Under the pieces are notes generated by a model. It was not told where the DNA came from, ran no database searches, and worked only from the letters and a program-made list of their open reading frames with translations. A stretch of 63,498 nt of DNA, the filler included. It is 7 parts of 7 records of this genome, joined end to end, with 100 filler letters (N's around TTAATTAATTAA, not from the genome) between each part and the next. Parts side by side here need not be neighbours in the genome. Positions count along the whole stretch, not along the records: positions 36,642 to 44,401 come from SRR31156797_35031; positions 44,502 to 58,383 come from SRR31156797_35048; 5 more parts are not named here. The stretch is one strand, 5' to 3'. Position numbers and translations under genes: made by a program. Position 1 is the first letter of the stretch. Each line of letters begins with the position of its first letter. This document shows positions 42,350 through 51,256 of this stretch, piece after piece.

Positions 42350-42556
42350 TTGATTATAACGTCGGCCACTTTGGCCTGTCTTTTCAAAAAGTAAGAAATA
42401 ACATTGGATTACCTATCGTTGACAGCACTCCTGGTCGGTTTTCCGCATGGGCAACCCATAGGGAATCCGATATTGGGCGCTCTCAAATGCCCGTAATGCA
42501 ATGACATTTTTCAGTGCCTAAAGAAATAAGAACAAAGTGGTCGACGTTATAATCAA
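42350..42556. mobile_element. MITE-like element or internally deleted IS with 24-bp terminal inverted repeats
   Basis: TTGATTATAACGTCGGCCACTTTG (42350-42373) vs CAAAGTGGTCGACGTTATAATCAA (42533-42556), 23/24 complementary; no convincing gene inside. Confidence 0.6.
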
Positions 42557-42622
42557 CGCAGAAATTTCTAACCTCAATGGGTGCTTTAATTTGGATTATT
42601 TTCTCATAAAGATAAAAGTGAA

Positions 42623-42703
42623 GCCCGAGTGTCTGTAGTGTGTGTGCAGTTATGCTCAACCCAAATGATATAAAATATCGTTTGGGCCGTGTAGTGCTCG
42701 GGC
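42623..42703 (-). ncRNA. Putative DRT3-associated ncRNA core (true ends unknown)
   Basis: Begins 17 nt after the RT stop. GCCCGAG/CTCGGGC closing stem, inner hairpin CCCAAAcGATAT-TTT-ATATCaTTTGGG, and a CACACACAC tract at 42638-42646. Confidence 0.7.
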
Positions 42704-42720
42704 ATATGTAGCTAAACATA

Positions 42721-44400
42721 TTAATAAGCAGAACGCAACTCTTTTTTCTTTAAAAGCCTACGTATAGATAACTCATCCCAATCAACAAACCAATTGTTGC
42801 TCACCAGAGCTTTATACAAATCTTGTAACGACACTTTCGGTGAATAGCTATTTTCATAGGCAATTTTTAATATTGGTTTTTTAAATTGAGGTGATAGATA
42901 AGGACAACTCATAATGTCGAAAAGAAGATGCGTACATTCCGAATCTCTAAAAATATCATCGCAGTTTTTAATCTTTAATCTGGTAAATTTGCACAGTATC
43001 TTTTTTAAATTTGAATAATAATTGTCATCCTTAATGCAATAAAGGCCTACAATGATTTGAAAATAGTTTAAAGATTTTGTTGAGTCAGTTATGCCTATGA
43101 GTATCGACAAGTCTTTCTCTGTAACCTTTATATTGCTGTTCAACTCCTTAAGAGCTATGGCTAAATTTAATGTCTCTACTTTATCAGCTTTTTGGGGCAA
43201 TTGTTTTAGAGCGAATTTGGATTCAGACATGATTTTGTCTGTAATTAATATTTCGCTGTCATAGTCGAACTGTTTGGCCACTTTAGAAAAGTTGATTATT
43301 ATTTCGCTTAATAAAAAAGTTGCCCTAACTCTGCTATCCATCGAATATAAAAAATACGAAAGTTCTATTAAAATGAGAATGTATCTGCATAAATTGGCTG
43401 AAGTGTCTTCATCAAAACCAGTTTCTTCTCCTATGTGTAAAAAATCAAGAGATAATTTGCGTAAAATAGTTAAAAAATAACCGCTAATACTTTCGTAGTT
43501 GATTTTGTTTTTTTTTACTATTGATTTGAATTTTGTAATGTATGTATTTGATATTTTTGAATAAAAACTAAGATTCTTGTCTATCGTTAAAGTCTTTTCT
43601 TTAATGTTAAGAGATAGAGGGGCTTTTAGTTTTTCAAAAAAAGACCTTATTTCAAATTTTGACTGTGTAACACCCGTTAAAAAAGGTCTTTCAAAACTTT
43701 CGTCTTTAGACTCATTGATAAATAATTTGAATTTTGCCAACTCTTCTATAGCGATGGATTTGATTCTATCTATATCGTATGGATCATTGTAAAAGACAAA
43801 ATAATCATCAACATAGCGTTTGATTTCATAGTCAACCTTATTGCTTAATTTAATATCGCTAAGTCTGTTCTTTATATTATTATCAATCTTCTGCAATAAC
43901 ATTTCAGCGTAAATTCGTGAAAACTCAGGACCAATAACTATTCCATGTGAACGACTATAATTAAGGTTAATAATTAACTCTGAAAAGACTTCTTCAAAAG
44001 ACGTTGTATCTGTTGCTCCCTTGTGCTTATCTTCCCCTGTAATGGCGATCGGTAGCATCTCTGCTGAAAGGTTCTCAAAACATTTTGATATGTCAAATTT
44101 GTGGAGTCCTTTAAATTTTCGTTCTATTCTATGAAATTCATAAGAGTCGTAAAATTTATATAAAAAACTATATTTCTTGTATGTGAAAAAAGAACTTGCA
44201 TATATCGGTGTCGATTCGTCATTATCATCTTTGATGTCCACCCCTTCATCTTTAATTTTGCTCTCAATCTCTTCAGAAGAAGATTGGACGTAACTGTGCG
44301 CTAATTTGTAAGGGTGCCTTAAAGAATATTCACTGCCTGAACATCTGAATGTGATAAGTTCATTGTATTTTCGATAAAAATCACAGAAAAGATATTGATT
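42721..44400 (-). CDS. drt3b: Antiviral reverse transcriptase, Drt3b-like (5' truncated)
   Basis: Frame open to the contig edge (NQYLFCDFYRKY..SEYSLRHP); FDISKCF, GIVIGPEFSRIYAE, KRYVDDYFVF, LFINESK, ERPFLTGVT; C-terminal WFVDW..LLKKKELRSAY. Confidence 0.85.
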   Translation of the reverse strand, partial: NQYLFCDFYRKYNELITFRCSGSEYSLRHPYKLAHSYVQSSSEEIESKIKDEGVDIKDDNDESTPIYASSFFTYKKYSFLYKFYDSYEFHRIERKFKGLHKFDISKCFENLSAEMLPIAITGEDKHKGATDTTSFEEVFSELIINLNYSRSHGIVIGPEFSRIYAEMLLQKIDNNIKNRLSDIKLSNKVDYEIKRYVDDYFVFYNDPYDIDRIKSIAIEELAKFKLFINESKDESFERPFLTGVTQSKFEIRSFFEKLKAPLSLNIKEKTLTIDKNLSFYSKISNTYITKFKSIVKKNKINYESISGYFLTILRKLSLDFLHIGEETGFDEDTSANLCRYILILIELSYFLYSMDSRVRATFLLSEIIINFSKVAKQFDYDSEILITDKIMSESKFALKQLPQKADKVETLNLAIALKELNSNIKVTEKDLSILIGITDSTKSLNYFQIIVGLYCIKDDNYYSNLKKILCKFTRLKIKNCDDIFRDSECTHLLFDIMSCPYLSPQFKKPILKIAYENSYSPKVSLQDLYKALVSNNWFVDWDELSIRRLLKKKELRSAY

Positions 44401-44401
44401 G

Positions 44402-44501
44402 NNNNNNNNNNNNNNNNNNNNNNNNNNNNNNNNNNNNNNNNNNNNTTAATTAATTAANNNNNNNNNNNNNNNNNNNNNNNNNNNNNNNNNNNNNNNNNNN
44501 N
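44402..44501. other. Artificial contig linker
   Basis: N-TTAATTAATTAA-N. Confidence 0.98.
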
Positions 44502-44503
44502 AC

Positions 44504-45877
44504 ATCCGCAACCAGTGTTCCTGGGTCCACAAGGATGATACCGAATCCGCCACCCTTAAAGCCAAGGACCTTGTGCGCATGTCGGTGGCCAAGGCGGGAT
44601 TGCTGGAACCTCTTCCCGAGCCGGTCCTCAACATCGACCAGAATGCCCTGGTGATCGGGGGCGGCGTGGCCGGCATGGAGGCCGCCAAAAACCTGGCGGG
44701 ACAGGGATATTTCACCTATCTGGTGGAGCGGGAAGGGAAACTGGGCGGCAATGCCCGATCCCTCCACCAAACATGGCGGGGTGAGGATATTCAAGGTTAT
44801 CTTCACGGCCTGATTCAGGAGGTGGAAGCGGCTGAAAATATTGAAGTATGTTCGGGCGCTGAGATTACCGAAGTGGACGGCTTCGTGGGTAACTTCAAAA
44901 CCACCATTGAACAGGGACAGGAAAGCCGAACCCTGGAACACGGCGTCACCATCATGGCAACCGGGGCAACCGAATATGCCCCTGAGGATCCGGCCCTCAT
45001 TGAATCTTCCAGGGTCATGACCGGTCTTCAGTTACAGCAAGGCTTCGTCAAAGGAGACAGCCAGCTCAATGGCCTCGGCACAGCCGTTTTTCTCCAGTGC
45101 CACGGGTCCCGTATTCCGGAGCGGCCCTTCTGTTCCAAGGTATGCTGTACCCAGTCCATCAAGAGCGCCCTGGAACTGAAAAATAGAAACCCACGTATGC
45201 GCATCTACGTGGTTTACCGGGACATGCGGCCGTACGGTCTCAGGGAAGATCTGTACCGGGAAGCGAGAACCCGGGGCATCTCTTTTGTGCGCTACAATTT
45301 TGAAAAGGGGCTCAAGATAGCGCCCGGCGACCAGAAAGTGGAGATCAACTTTACCGATACGGTTTTCAGAAAAGATGTGACCATTCATTCGGATCTCCTG
45401 GTTCTGGCATCCGCCATCGTTCCGGAAAAAGAAAACCCCCTCTCACGATTTTACAAGGTGAGCCAGAACGAAGACGGTTTTTTCGCGGAAGCCCACGTCA
45501 AATTGCGACCCGTTGATTTCGCCACGGACGGCGTGTTTGTCTGCGGTCTGGCCCACTCCCCCAAACCCATCGACGAAAGCATCGCCCAGGCCCAGGCGGC
45601 ATCGGCAAGGGCCGTGACGCTCCTGTCGGCAAAGAGCTTGCCCGTAAGCGGAACGGTAGCGCAGGTAAACGCGCTCAATTGCAGCAGTTGTGAGGTTTGC
45701 GTCTCCATCTGTCCTTACTCGGCACCCAGGATGGATGAAAAAACCGGCAAGGCCGTGATCGAATCGACCCTGTGCAAGGGGTGCGGTCTGTGCGTGGCGT
45801 CGTGTCGTTCCGGTGCCCTGCATCTCAAAGGGTTTGAAACCTCGCAGATCATGGGTATGATCGACTGCGTTGGATGA
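44504..45877 (+). CDS. hdrA: Heterodisulfide reductase subunit A-like flavoprotein (5' truncated)
   Basis: IRNQCSWVH, LVIGGGVAG, QCHGSR..CSKVCC, EAHVKLRPVDF, two CxxCxxCxxxC motifs. Confidence 0.9.
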   Translation: MRNQCSWVHKDDTESATLKAKDLVRMSVAKAGLLEPLPEPVLNIDQNALVIGGGVAGMEAAKNLAGQGYFTYLVEREGKLGGNARSLHQTWRGEDIQGYLHGLIQEVEAAENIEVCSGAEITEVDGFVGNFKTTIEQGQESRTLEHGVTIMATGATEYAPEDPALIESSRVMTGLQLQQGFVKGDSQLNGLGTAVFLQCHGSRIPERPFCSKVCCTQSIKSALELKNRNPRMRIYVVYRDMRPYGLREDLYREARTRGISFVRYNFEKGLKIAPGDQKVEINFTDTVFRKDVTIHSDLLVLASAIVPEKENPLSRFYKVSQNEDGFFAEAHVKLRPVDFATDGVFVCGLAHSPKPIDESIAQAQAASARAVTLLSAKSLPVSGTVAQVNALNCSSCEVCVSICPYSAPRMDEKTGKAVIESTLCKGCGLCVASCRSGALHLKGFETSQIMGMIDCVG

Positions 45878-45898
45878 TGTAGCCCTCTCTGGCCTCTT

Positions 45899-45931
45899 AA
45901 CCGTTCACGGGTTGTGCCTGTGAACGGTTTT
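45899..45931 (+). terminator. Intrinsic terminator after hdrA
   Basis: AACCGTTCACGGG-TTGTG-CCTGTGAACGGTT followed by TTCTTCT. Confidence 0.75.
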
Positions 45932-45943
45932 CTTCTCAAACCG

Positions 45944-46084
45944 TAATTTCGTCGTTTATCCGCTTCTCTTCTCTACCTCCTGCGCGTTTTAAGATATAGA
46001 CGATCTTTTTGTGGCCGGTTTTCCTATCCAAAAAATAGGCGTGACGATGTCAGAATAATAATGGATATCCGTTGCTTTTTCACC
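45944..46084 (+). repeat. Diverged direct repeat, copy 1 (about 140 bp)
   Basis: Shares TAATTTC, TCTCTTCT, TTTTAAGATATAGA and AATAATAATGGATATCCGTTnCTTTTTCACC collinearly with 48481-48619. Confidence 0.75.
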
Positions 46085-48465
46085 CGCCAAAGAAGGATGA
46101 ATTAAACATTTTCGTAGACTCAATCAATGATATGCTTAAAAGAAAGAAACAAACTGAAAAAGAACTACGGGAAAGCGAGGCCAAATATAGAAAGCTTGTG
46201 GAGAACTCGCCCGCCATTGTCTACCAATTCATGATGACGCCGGATGGATCGTTTTCTTTTCCCTATATCAATGAAGCGGTAAACGAGGCGTTAGGCCTTT
46301 CCGCTCAGGATGTCATGAATGATTCAGAAACCTTTCTCGGCATAATACATCCCGATGATCGGGAAACCTTTCGGGAAAGGGTGCTGCATTCCGCTGATTC
46401 CCTAAAACCTTACCAACAGATTTTCCGGTGCTTGAAAGGCGGCGAAACGGTATGGATCGAGGCCCGCTCAGTACCGAACAAAATGGCCGACGGAAACGTC
46501 TTATGGGATGGTTACTTTAACGACATCTCTGAGCGGAAGCGTGCGGAAGAGGCACTCAGAACAGCAGAGGCCACCTATCGGAATATTTTTCTCAATTCTC
46601 AAATCGGTCTTTTCAGAACCGATATCAACACCGGCCAACTCCTTGATGCCAACGACACCGTCGCGGGGTTCATCGGATACAAAGACAGAGATGAACTTCT
46701 GAGTAAGCCTTTTCATATTGCAGAGCGTTACGTAGATCCGAAAGATCGTGAAAAAATAATCTCACTTTTGGAGGAAAACGGAGAATTCAAGGATTTCGAA
46801 ACCAGATTCAAACGAAACGACGGTTCCATCATATGGATACGTTATTCCGCCAAAATGGTTCCCGAAAAGGGATGGATCGAAGGGGTGTCCGAAGATATTA
46901 CGGATCAGAAGCAGGCTGAGATATCCCTTCGGGAGAGCGAGGAAAAGTTTTCCAAGTTTTTCTTCGCCAGCCCCACGTGGATGGCGATCACCCGCTTCAA
47001 AGACGGGGCCATTCTGGAGGTGAACAAAGCCTTTGAAAACATTACCGGGTTCAGTCGCAACGAAGCCATTGGACGGACATCCTTGGAATTGGGGCTCTGG
47101 CCCGAACCGAGACGGCGGGAACGGTACATGGCCCTTGCCCGGGAGAAAGGAGGCTTTCGAGAACAAGAAACCACATTCTACACCAAAGACGGAAAACCCA
47201 TCACAGCCCTTTGGTCCGCATACGCCATCGAGTTGGCGGGTGAGCGGTGTCTTCTCAGCACTGTCATGGATATGTCGGAACTCAAGCGGTCCAGAGATGA
47301 AAGGAAAAAGCTTGAAGACCGACTTCACCGGGCCCAAAAGATGGAAGCCATGGGGCTCCTTGCCGGTGGGGTTGCGCACGACTTGAACAACATTTTATCA
47401 GGGATTGTAGGCTATCCCGAATTGCTCTTGATGGACCTGCCGAAGGACAGCCCGCTCAGGAAACCCATACAGACCATAGCGGAATCCGGGATGCGGGCTG
47501 CCGAGGTGGTGGAGGACCTCTTGACCATCGCCAGGGGCGTGGTAACGGGAAAAGAGGCATTGAACCTCAACACCGTTGCCAAGGAATACCTGGACTCCGC
47601 CGAATTCGGAAATTTGGAAAAGACCTACGCATTTGTCCATTTCAGGTCCGAATTGGACCCGGACCTTTTGAACGTGAACGGTAGCGCCATCCACATCAAA
47701 AAAATGCTGATGAATCTGGTTCAGAACGCTACGGAAGCCATTGAAAGAAACGGTACCGTCACCATATGGACCCGTAATCGATACCTGGATGAACCGATCA
47801 GGGGTTATGAGGATGTACGTCAAGGGGAATATGCCGTCCTCACCGTGTCAGACGATGGTTCCGGCATCTCTCCCGGAGACATTGAGAGGATCTTTGAGCC
47901 GTTCTACACCAAGAAGGTCATGAATAGAAGCGGCACCGGGTTGGGGTTGGCGGTTGTTTGGAACACGGTCCAGGACCATAACGGATACATCAACGTCAAG
48001 AGCCATGAAAAGGGAACGGCTTTTGAACTCTACTTTCCTGTCACCAGAGAAAAAATCGCTGATGAAATGAAAGCGGTTGAACTGGAAGACTACCTGGGAA
48101 ACGGCGAGAAGATCCTGGTCGTTGATGACGAGGAGAGGCAAAGGGATATTGCCTGTAAGATGCTGACCAAATTGGGGTACAGCCCTGAAGCGGTCTCAAG
48201 CGGTGAAGAAGCCATTGTTTACTTGGCAGAGCACAAGGTTGATCTGATCGTCCTTGATATGATCATGCCGAAGGGAATCGACGGCCGGGAGACCTATGAG
48301 GAGATTGTAAGAATCCGCCCAAACCAGAAAACGATTATCGCCAGCGGGTATGCCAAAACCGAAGAAGTGGAAGCCGCCCAGGAGTTGGGCGCAGGCAAAT
48401 ACATCAAGAAACCCTACACATTTGAAAAACTGAGCATTACCATCAAAAAGGAATTGGAAGGCTAA
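46072..48465 (+). CDS. Hybrid sensor histidine kinase (three PAS domains, HisKA, HATPase, receiver); start uncertain
   Basis: LAGGVAHDLNNIL, NLVQNA, DDGSG, FEPFYTKK, GTGLGL, ILVVDDE..LDMIMP. Confidence 0.92.
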   Translation: MLFHPPKKDELNIFVDSINDMLKRKKQTEKELRESEAKYRKLVENSPAIVYQFMMTPDGSFSFPYINEAVNEALGLSAQDVMNDSETFLGIIHPDDRETFRERVLHSADSLKPYQQIFRCLKGGETVWIEARSVPNKMADGNVLWDGYFNDISERKRAEEALRTAEATYRNIFLNSQIGLFRTDINTGQLLDANDTVAGFIGYKDRDELLSKPFHIAERYVDPKDREKIISLLEENGEFKDFETRFKRNDGSIIWIRYSAKMVPEKGWIEGVSEDITDQKQAEISLRESEEKFSKFFFASPTWMAITRFKDGAILEVNKAFENITGFSRNEAIGRTSLELGLWPEPRRRERYMALAREKGGFREQETTFYTKDGKPITALWSAYAIELAGERCLLSTVMDMSELKRSRDERKKLEDRLHRAQKMEAMGLLAGGVAHDLNNILSGIVGYPELLLMDLPKDSPLRKPIQTIAESGMRAAEVVEDLLTIARGVVTGKEALNLNTVAKEYLDSAEFGNLEKTYAFVHFRSELDPDLLNVNGSAIHIKKMLMNLVQNATEAIERNGTVTIWTRNRYLDEPIRGYEDVRQGEYAVLTVSDDGSGISPGDIERIFEPFYTKKVMNRSGTGLGLAVVWNTVQDHNGYINVKSHEKGTAFELYFPVTREKIADEMKAVELEDYLGNGEKILVVDDEERQRDIACKMLTKLGYSPEAVSSGEEAIVYLAEHKVDLIVLDMIMPKGIDGRETYEEIVRIRPNQKTIIASGYAKTEEVEAAQELGAGKYIKKPYTFEKLSITIKKELEG

Positions 48466-48480
48466 GAAAACCGTTCTCAT

Positions 48481-48619
48481 TAATTTCTCTTTTTTATCCA
48501 CATCTCTTCTTTATCTCGTACGCATTTTAAGATATAGATGGTTCTTCTGACCCATTTTTTTATTCAATATTAAGCGCGACGCCGTCAAAATAATAATGGA
48601 TATCCGTTTCTTTTTCACC
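48481..48619 (+). repeat. Diverged direct repeat, copy 2, covering the start of the GNAT gene
   Basis: Collinear with 45944-46084. Confidence 0.75.
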
Positions 48620-49111
48620 GGACCGGATGAAACGCCCGGGACCGTTCTGGACCAGATCTGCGACCTCGTCGTGTCCGGCGGCGGCGTGGGCACATCCTGG
48701 CTCAGGGAGAACCTGGAACAGGCCTTTCTCATCGGATACGCCGTTTACGACGGCCGGGTGGTGGGAACTTCCACCCATAAATACCCGAAAGAGCGTTACC
48801 GGAAAAAGATCGAAGCCGAGACCGGGCTCGATCTTTCAGGTTTTCTGGAGCGGGGTTATACGGCGGTGGACCCGGAATTCCGGGATCTGGGCATCGGCGG
48901 GAAGGTGATTCAGGGGTTGATCGAAAGATCCGTGGGGCGAAAAATCTATGTCACCATCGACATGAACAATCCCTGGCCCTTAAGGATGACCTATCGGGTG
49001 GGGATGACGCTTGCCGCCCGGTTTATCAATGAGCGTACCGGGCATGAATTGGGGGTTTTTACCAATGAAACACCACCCCGAAACGTCTTTAAACCGACAA
49101 AAAATTGCTGA
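48596..49111 (+). CDS. GNAT-family acetyltransferase-like protein
   Basis: YTAVDPEFRDLGIG motif A. Confidence 0.7.
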   Translation: MDIRFFFTGPDETPGTVLDQICDLVVSGGGVGTSWLRENLEQAFLIGYAVYDGRVVGTSTHKYPKERYRKKIEAETGLDLSGFLERGYTAVDPEFRDLGIGGKVIQGLIERSVGRKIYVTIDMNNPWPLRMTYRVGMTLAARFINERTGHELGVFTNETPPRNVFKPTKNC

Positions 49112-49192
49112 GATATAAGATTATATCCCGAAAAAACAATATTTTACAAAAGTCCCATATACCTTTTTGAAACCGAAGAGCGAGATGATTCC

Positions 49193-50443
49193 ATGAAATT
49201 TTCCCATCTTTTTACCGGCAAACCGTACCATGAGATCGAAAAGAAAGCGGATGCCCTATTGCAAGCGGGCGAATACGGTTTTGCCAAACTTGAATATGAA
49301 AAGGCCTTGCTTAAATGGGCTAAGAAAACCCAGGAAGCGCCCGGGGCCGGAGATCAAATAGAGGCAAAAATCGTTCAATGCCAAGATGCCCTGGCCCTGG
49401 AACATAAGGAGGCTGCTGAGAATTTGGAGGAGTCCGGTCTCCATGAAGAGGCCGAAGATCTCTTGCTGCTCGCCCTGGAACTGGTCCAAAATAAACAGCT
49501 GGCCATCGAGATTGAAGAACTGCTGAAGAAGGTAAAGGCCCATTCCATTCCCCATGAAACGTCAGAGATGTTTGTTCCCGGGGAAGCGTCGGAAAGCAAA
49601 AGGGATTTCGTAATTCAAGAGTCCGGAGAGGAATATTTCGCCGCACTCATCAACACATTGCCCAAGACGGAGCAGGAGATCTATGGCGGCTATGGCGATC
49701 CCTTCAGGGAAGGGTATATAAAATTGAATCAGGGTCGTTTCGAAGAGGCCGTGGCACTATTGTCCCGAGCCCTGGAAGCCGATTCTTCACCGGCAGGCTT
49801 TATTCGGCTGGAACTGGCGACCGCCCATTTGAATCTTGGCAATCATTCCGAAGGTTGTACTCTACTGGAAGACTTTTTGAACGACCATCCCGAATCCCTC
49901 AGGGCCTATCCGCCCTTGTGCGAAATCTACTGGCAAAACAAACAGTTTGACCAAGCGCAACAATTGCTTGTGAATTGCCCCGACCCGCTACGCGATTCCC
50001 CCGTGATCCATTTGCTTATGGGTGAGACCCTGTTCCATGCCGGTCAATATCATGATGCTGAATCCCATTACCTGGGCTGCCTTGATTCTCATGGGTGGGA
50101 CGAGGCGATTGCCCTAGCCCTTGCAAAGACATTTGAAGCTCTGGGGTCAAAAGAGGAGGCGCGAAAGCAATACTCCGATGTTATCAACCGATGCCAGGGC
50201 TGTGGAAGCCGGGTTGATCCCCTTATCAAACAAAAATATGCGGATATGAGCTTGGAGACGGGAGATCATTCAACAAACATCCTGGAAATGTACCTGGGCC
50301 TGGTGCAGGAGATCCCTGAAAATCGTACGGACAATTATCAAAAAGTCAGCATGATTTACGAGCTGAATGGAAATGAAGAGGAAGCGATTCGATTTAAATC
50401 TTTTGCCGAACAATCGCAACCAAAGACCGCTGAAACTTCATGA
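49193..50443 (+). CDS. Tetratricopeptide repeat protein
   Basis: Multiple TPR-like helical repeats (GRFEEAVALLSRAL, GQYHDAESHY); CQGC motif. Confidence 0.75.
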   Translation: MKFSHLFTGKPYHEIEKKADALLQAGEYGFAKLEYEKALLKWAKKTQEAPGAGDQIEAKIVQCQDALALEHKEAAENLEESGLHEEAEDLLLLALELVQNKQLAIEIEELLKKVKAHSIPHETSEMFVPGEASESKRDFVIQESGEEYFAALINTLPKTEQEIYGGYGDPFREGYIKLNQGRFEEAVALLSRALEADSSPAGFIRLELATAHLNLGNHSEGCTLLEDFLNDHPESLRAYPPLCEIYWQNKQFDQAQQLLVNCPDPLRDSPVIHLLMGETLFHAGQYHDAESHYLGCLDSHGWDEAIALALAKTFEALGSKEEARKQYSDVINRCQGCGSRVDPLIKQKYADMSLETGDHSTNILEMYLGLVQEIPENRTDNYQKVSMIYELNGNEEEAIRFKSFAEQSQPKTAETS

Positions 50444-50589
50444 TGACGGCAGATTGTGATGAAATTTGAAAATGGTTGATTTCAACAAGTTTTATTCCTA
50501 TGAAGATAGAGAGATTGATGGTGTAAAGCAAAGCGACGCTATCGGATCTTGACAAATCAAATTCGATGGATTTGATAAGAGGCGCCAAT

Positions 50590-50895
50590 ATGAAGAAGAA
50601 ACCTTTAAGTTTGGAAGAAGTCCTCAGCGTTCTCAAAAAACGAAAAGCAAAGTTTAAAACCGCCTACGGAGTCACTGAAATAGGCATTTTTGGCTCTCTT
50701 GCCAGAGGAGAGGCAGTGCCGGACAGCGACGTGGATGTCGTTGTCAAAATGGCCAAACCGGATCTTTTCTTCATGGTTCACATCAAGGAAGAACTTGAAG
50801 GCGACTACAAGTCGAAGGTCGATATCGTTCATTACCGTGAGAAAATGAACGCCTTTTTAAAAAAGCGCATCGACCGGGAGGCCGTCTATGTTTGA
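50590..50895 (+). CDS. MntA-like minimal nucleotidyltransferase antitoxin
   Basis: IGIFGSLARGE..DSDVDVVV..KVDIV. Confidence 0.9.
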   Translation: MKKKPLSLEEVLSVLKKRKAKFKTAYGVTEIGIFGSLARGEAVPDSDVDVVVKMAKPDLFFMVHIKEELEGDYKSKVDIVHYREKMNAFLKKRIDREAVYV

Positions 50896-51256
50896 CCGCG
50901 ATCTAGCCAATGAAATACTTCGTCAAATATTGACCGCCGCAAACCGAATTGAACGAAGATGTGTCGGAGTCGCCAAGCCTGATGATTTTCTCCTTTCGGA
51001 AGAGGGCCTTGATAAGCTGGACGGCATTTGCATGATGCTGATCGCCATTGGCGAAAACCTGAAAAATTTCGATAGAGTAACAAGCCGTAAACTCCTTGCC
51101 CGTTATCCCGAAGTCGATTGGAAAGGCGCCAAGGGAATGCGCGACATTATCAGCCATCATTACTTTGATTTGAATGCCGAGGTTGTGTTCTCCATCTGTA
51201 AAGACCGCATTCCCGGTTTGATTGAAACAATAACGAAAATGAAGGCCGCACTGTAA
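50888..51256 (+). CDS. HepT-like (DUF86) HEPN ribonuclease toxin
   Basis: IGE, PEVDWK..GMRDIISHHYF (RX4HXY); overlaps the antitoxin gene. Confidence 0.9.
   Translation: MFDRDLANEILRQILTAANRIERRCVGVAKPDDFLLSEEGLDKLDGICMMLIAIGENLKNFDRVTSRKLLARYPEVDWKGAKGMRDIISHHYFDLNAEVVFSICKDRIPGLIETITKMKAAL

Noticed and set aside
42483-42719. 78-aa ORF after the RT
   Set aside because: No recognisable protein features; it overlaps the structured RNA and the inverted-repeat element.
42721-44400. Group II intron, retron or DGR reverse transcriptase
   Set aside because: No YADD/maturase, no retron VTG motif, and no template/variable repeat pair; the motifs and downstream RNA fit Drt3b.
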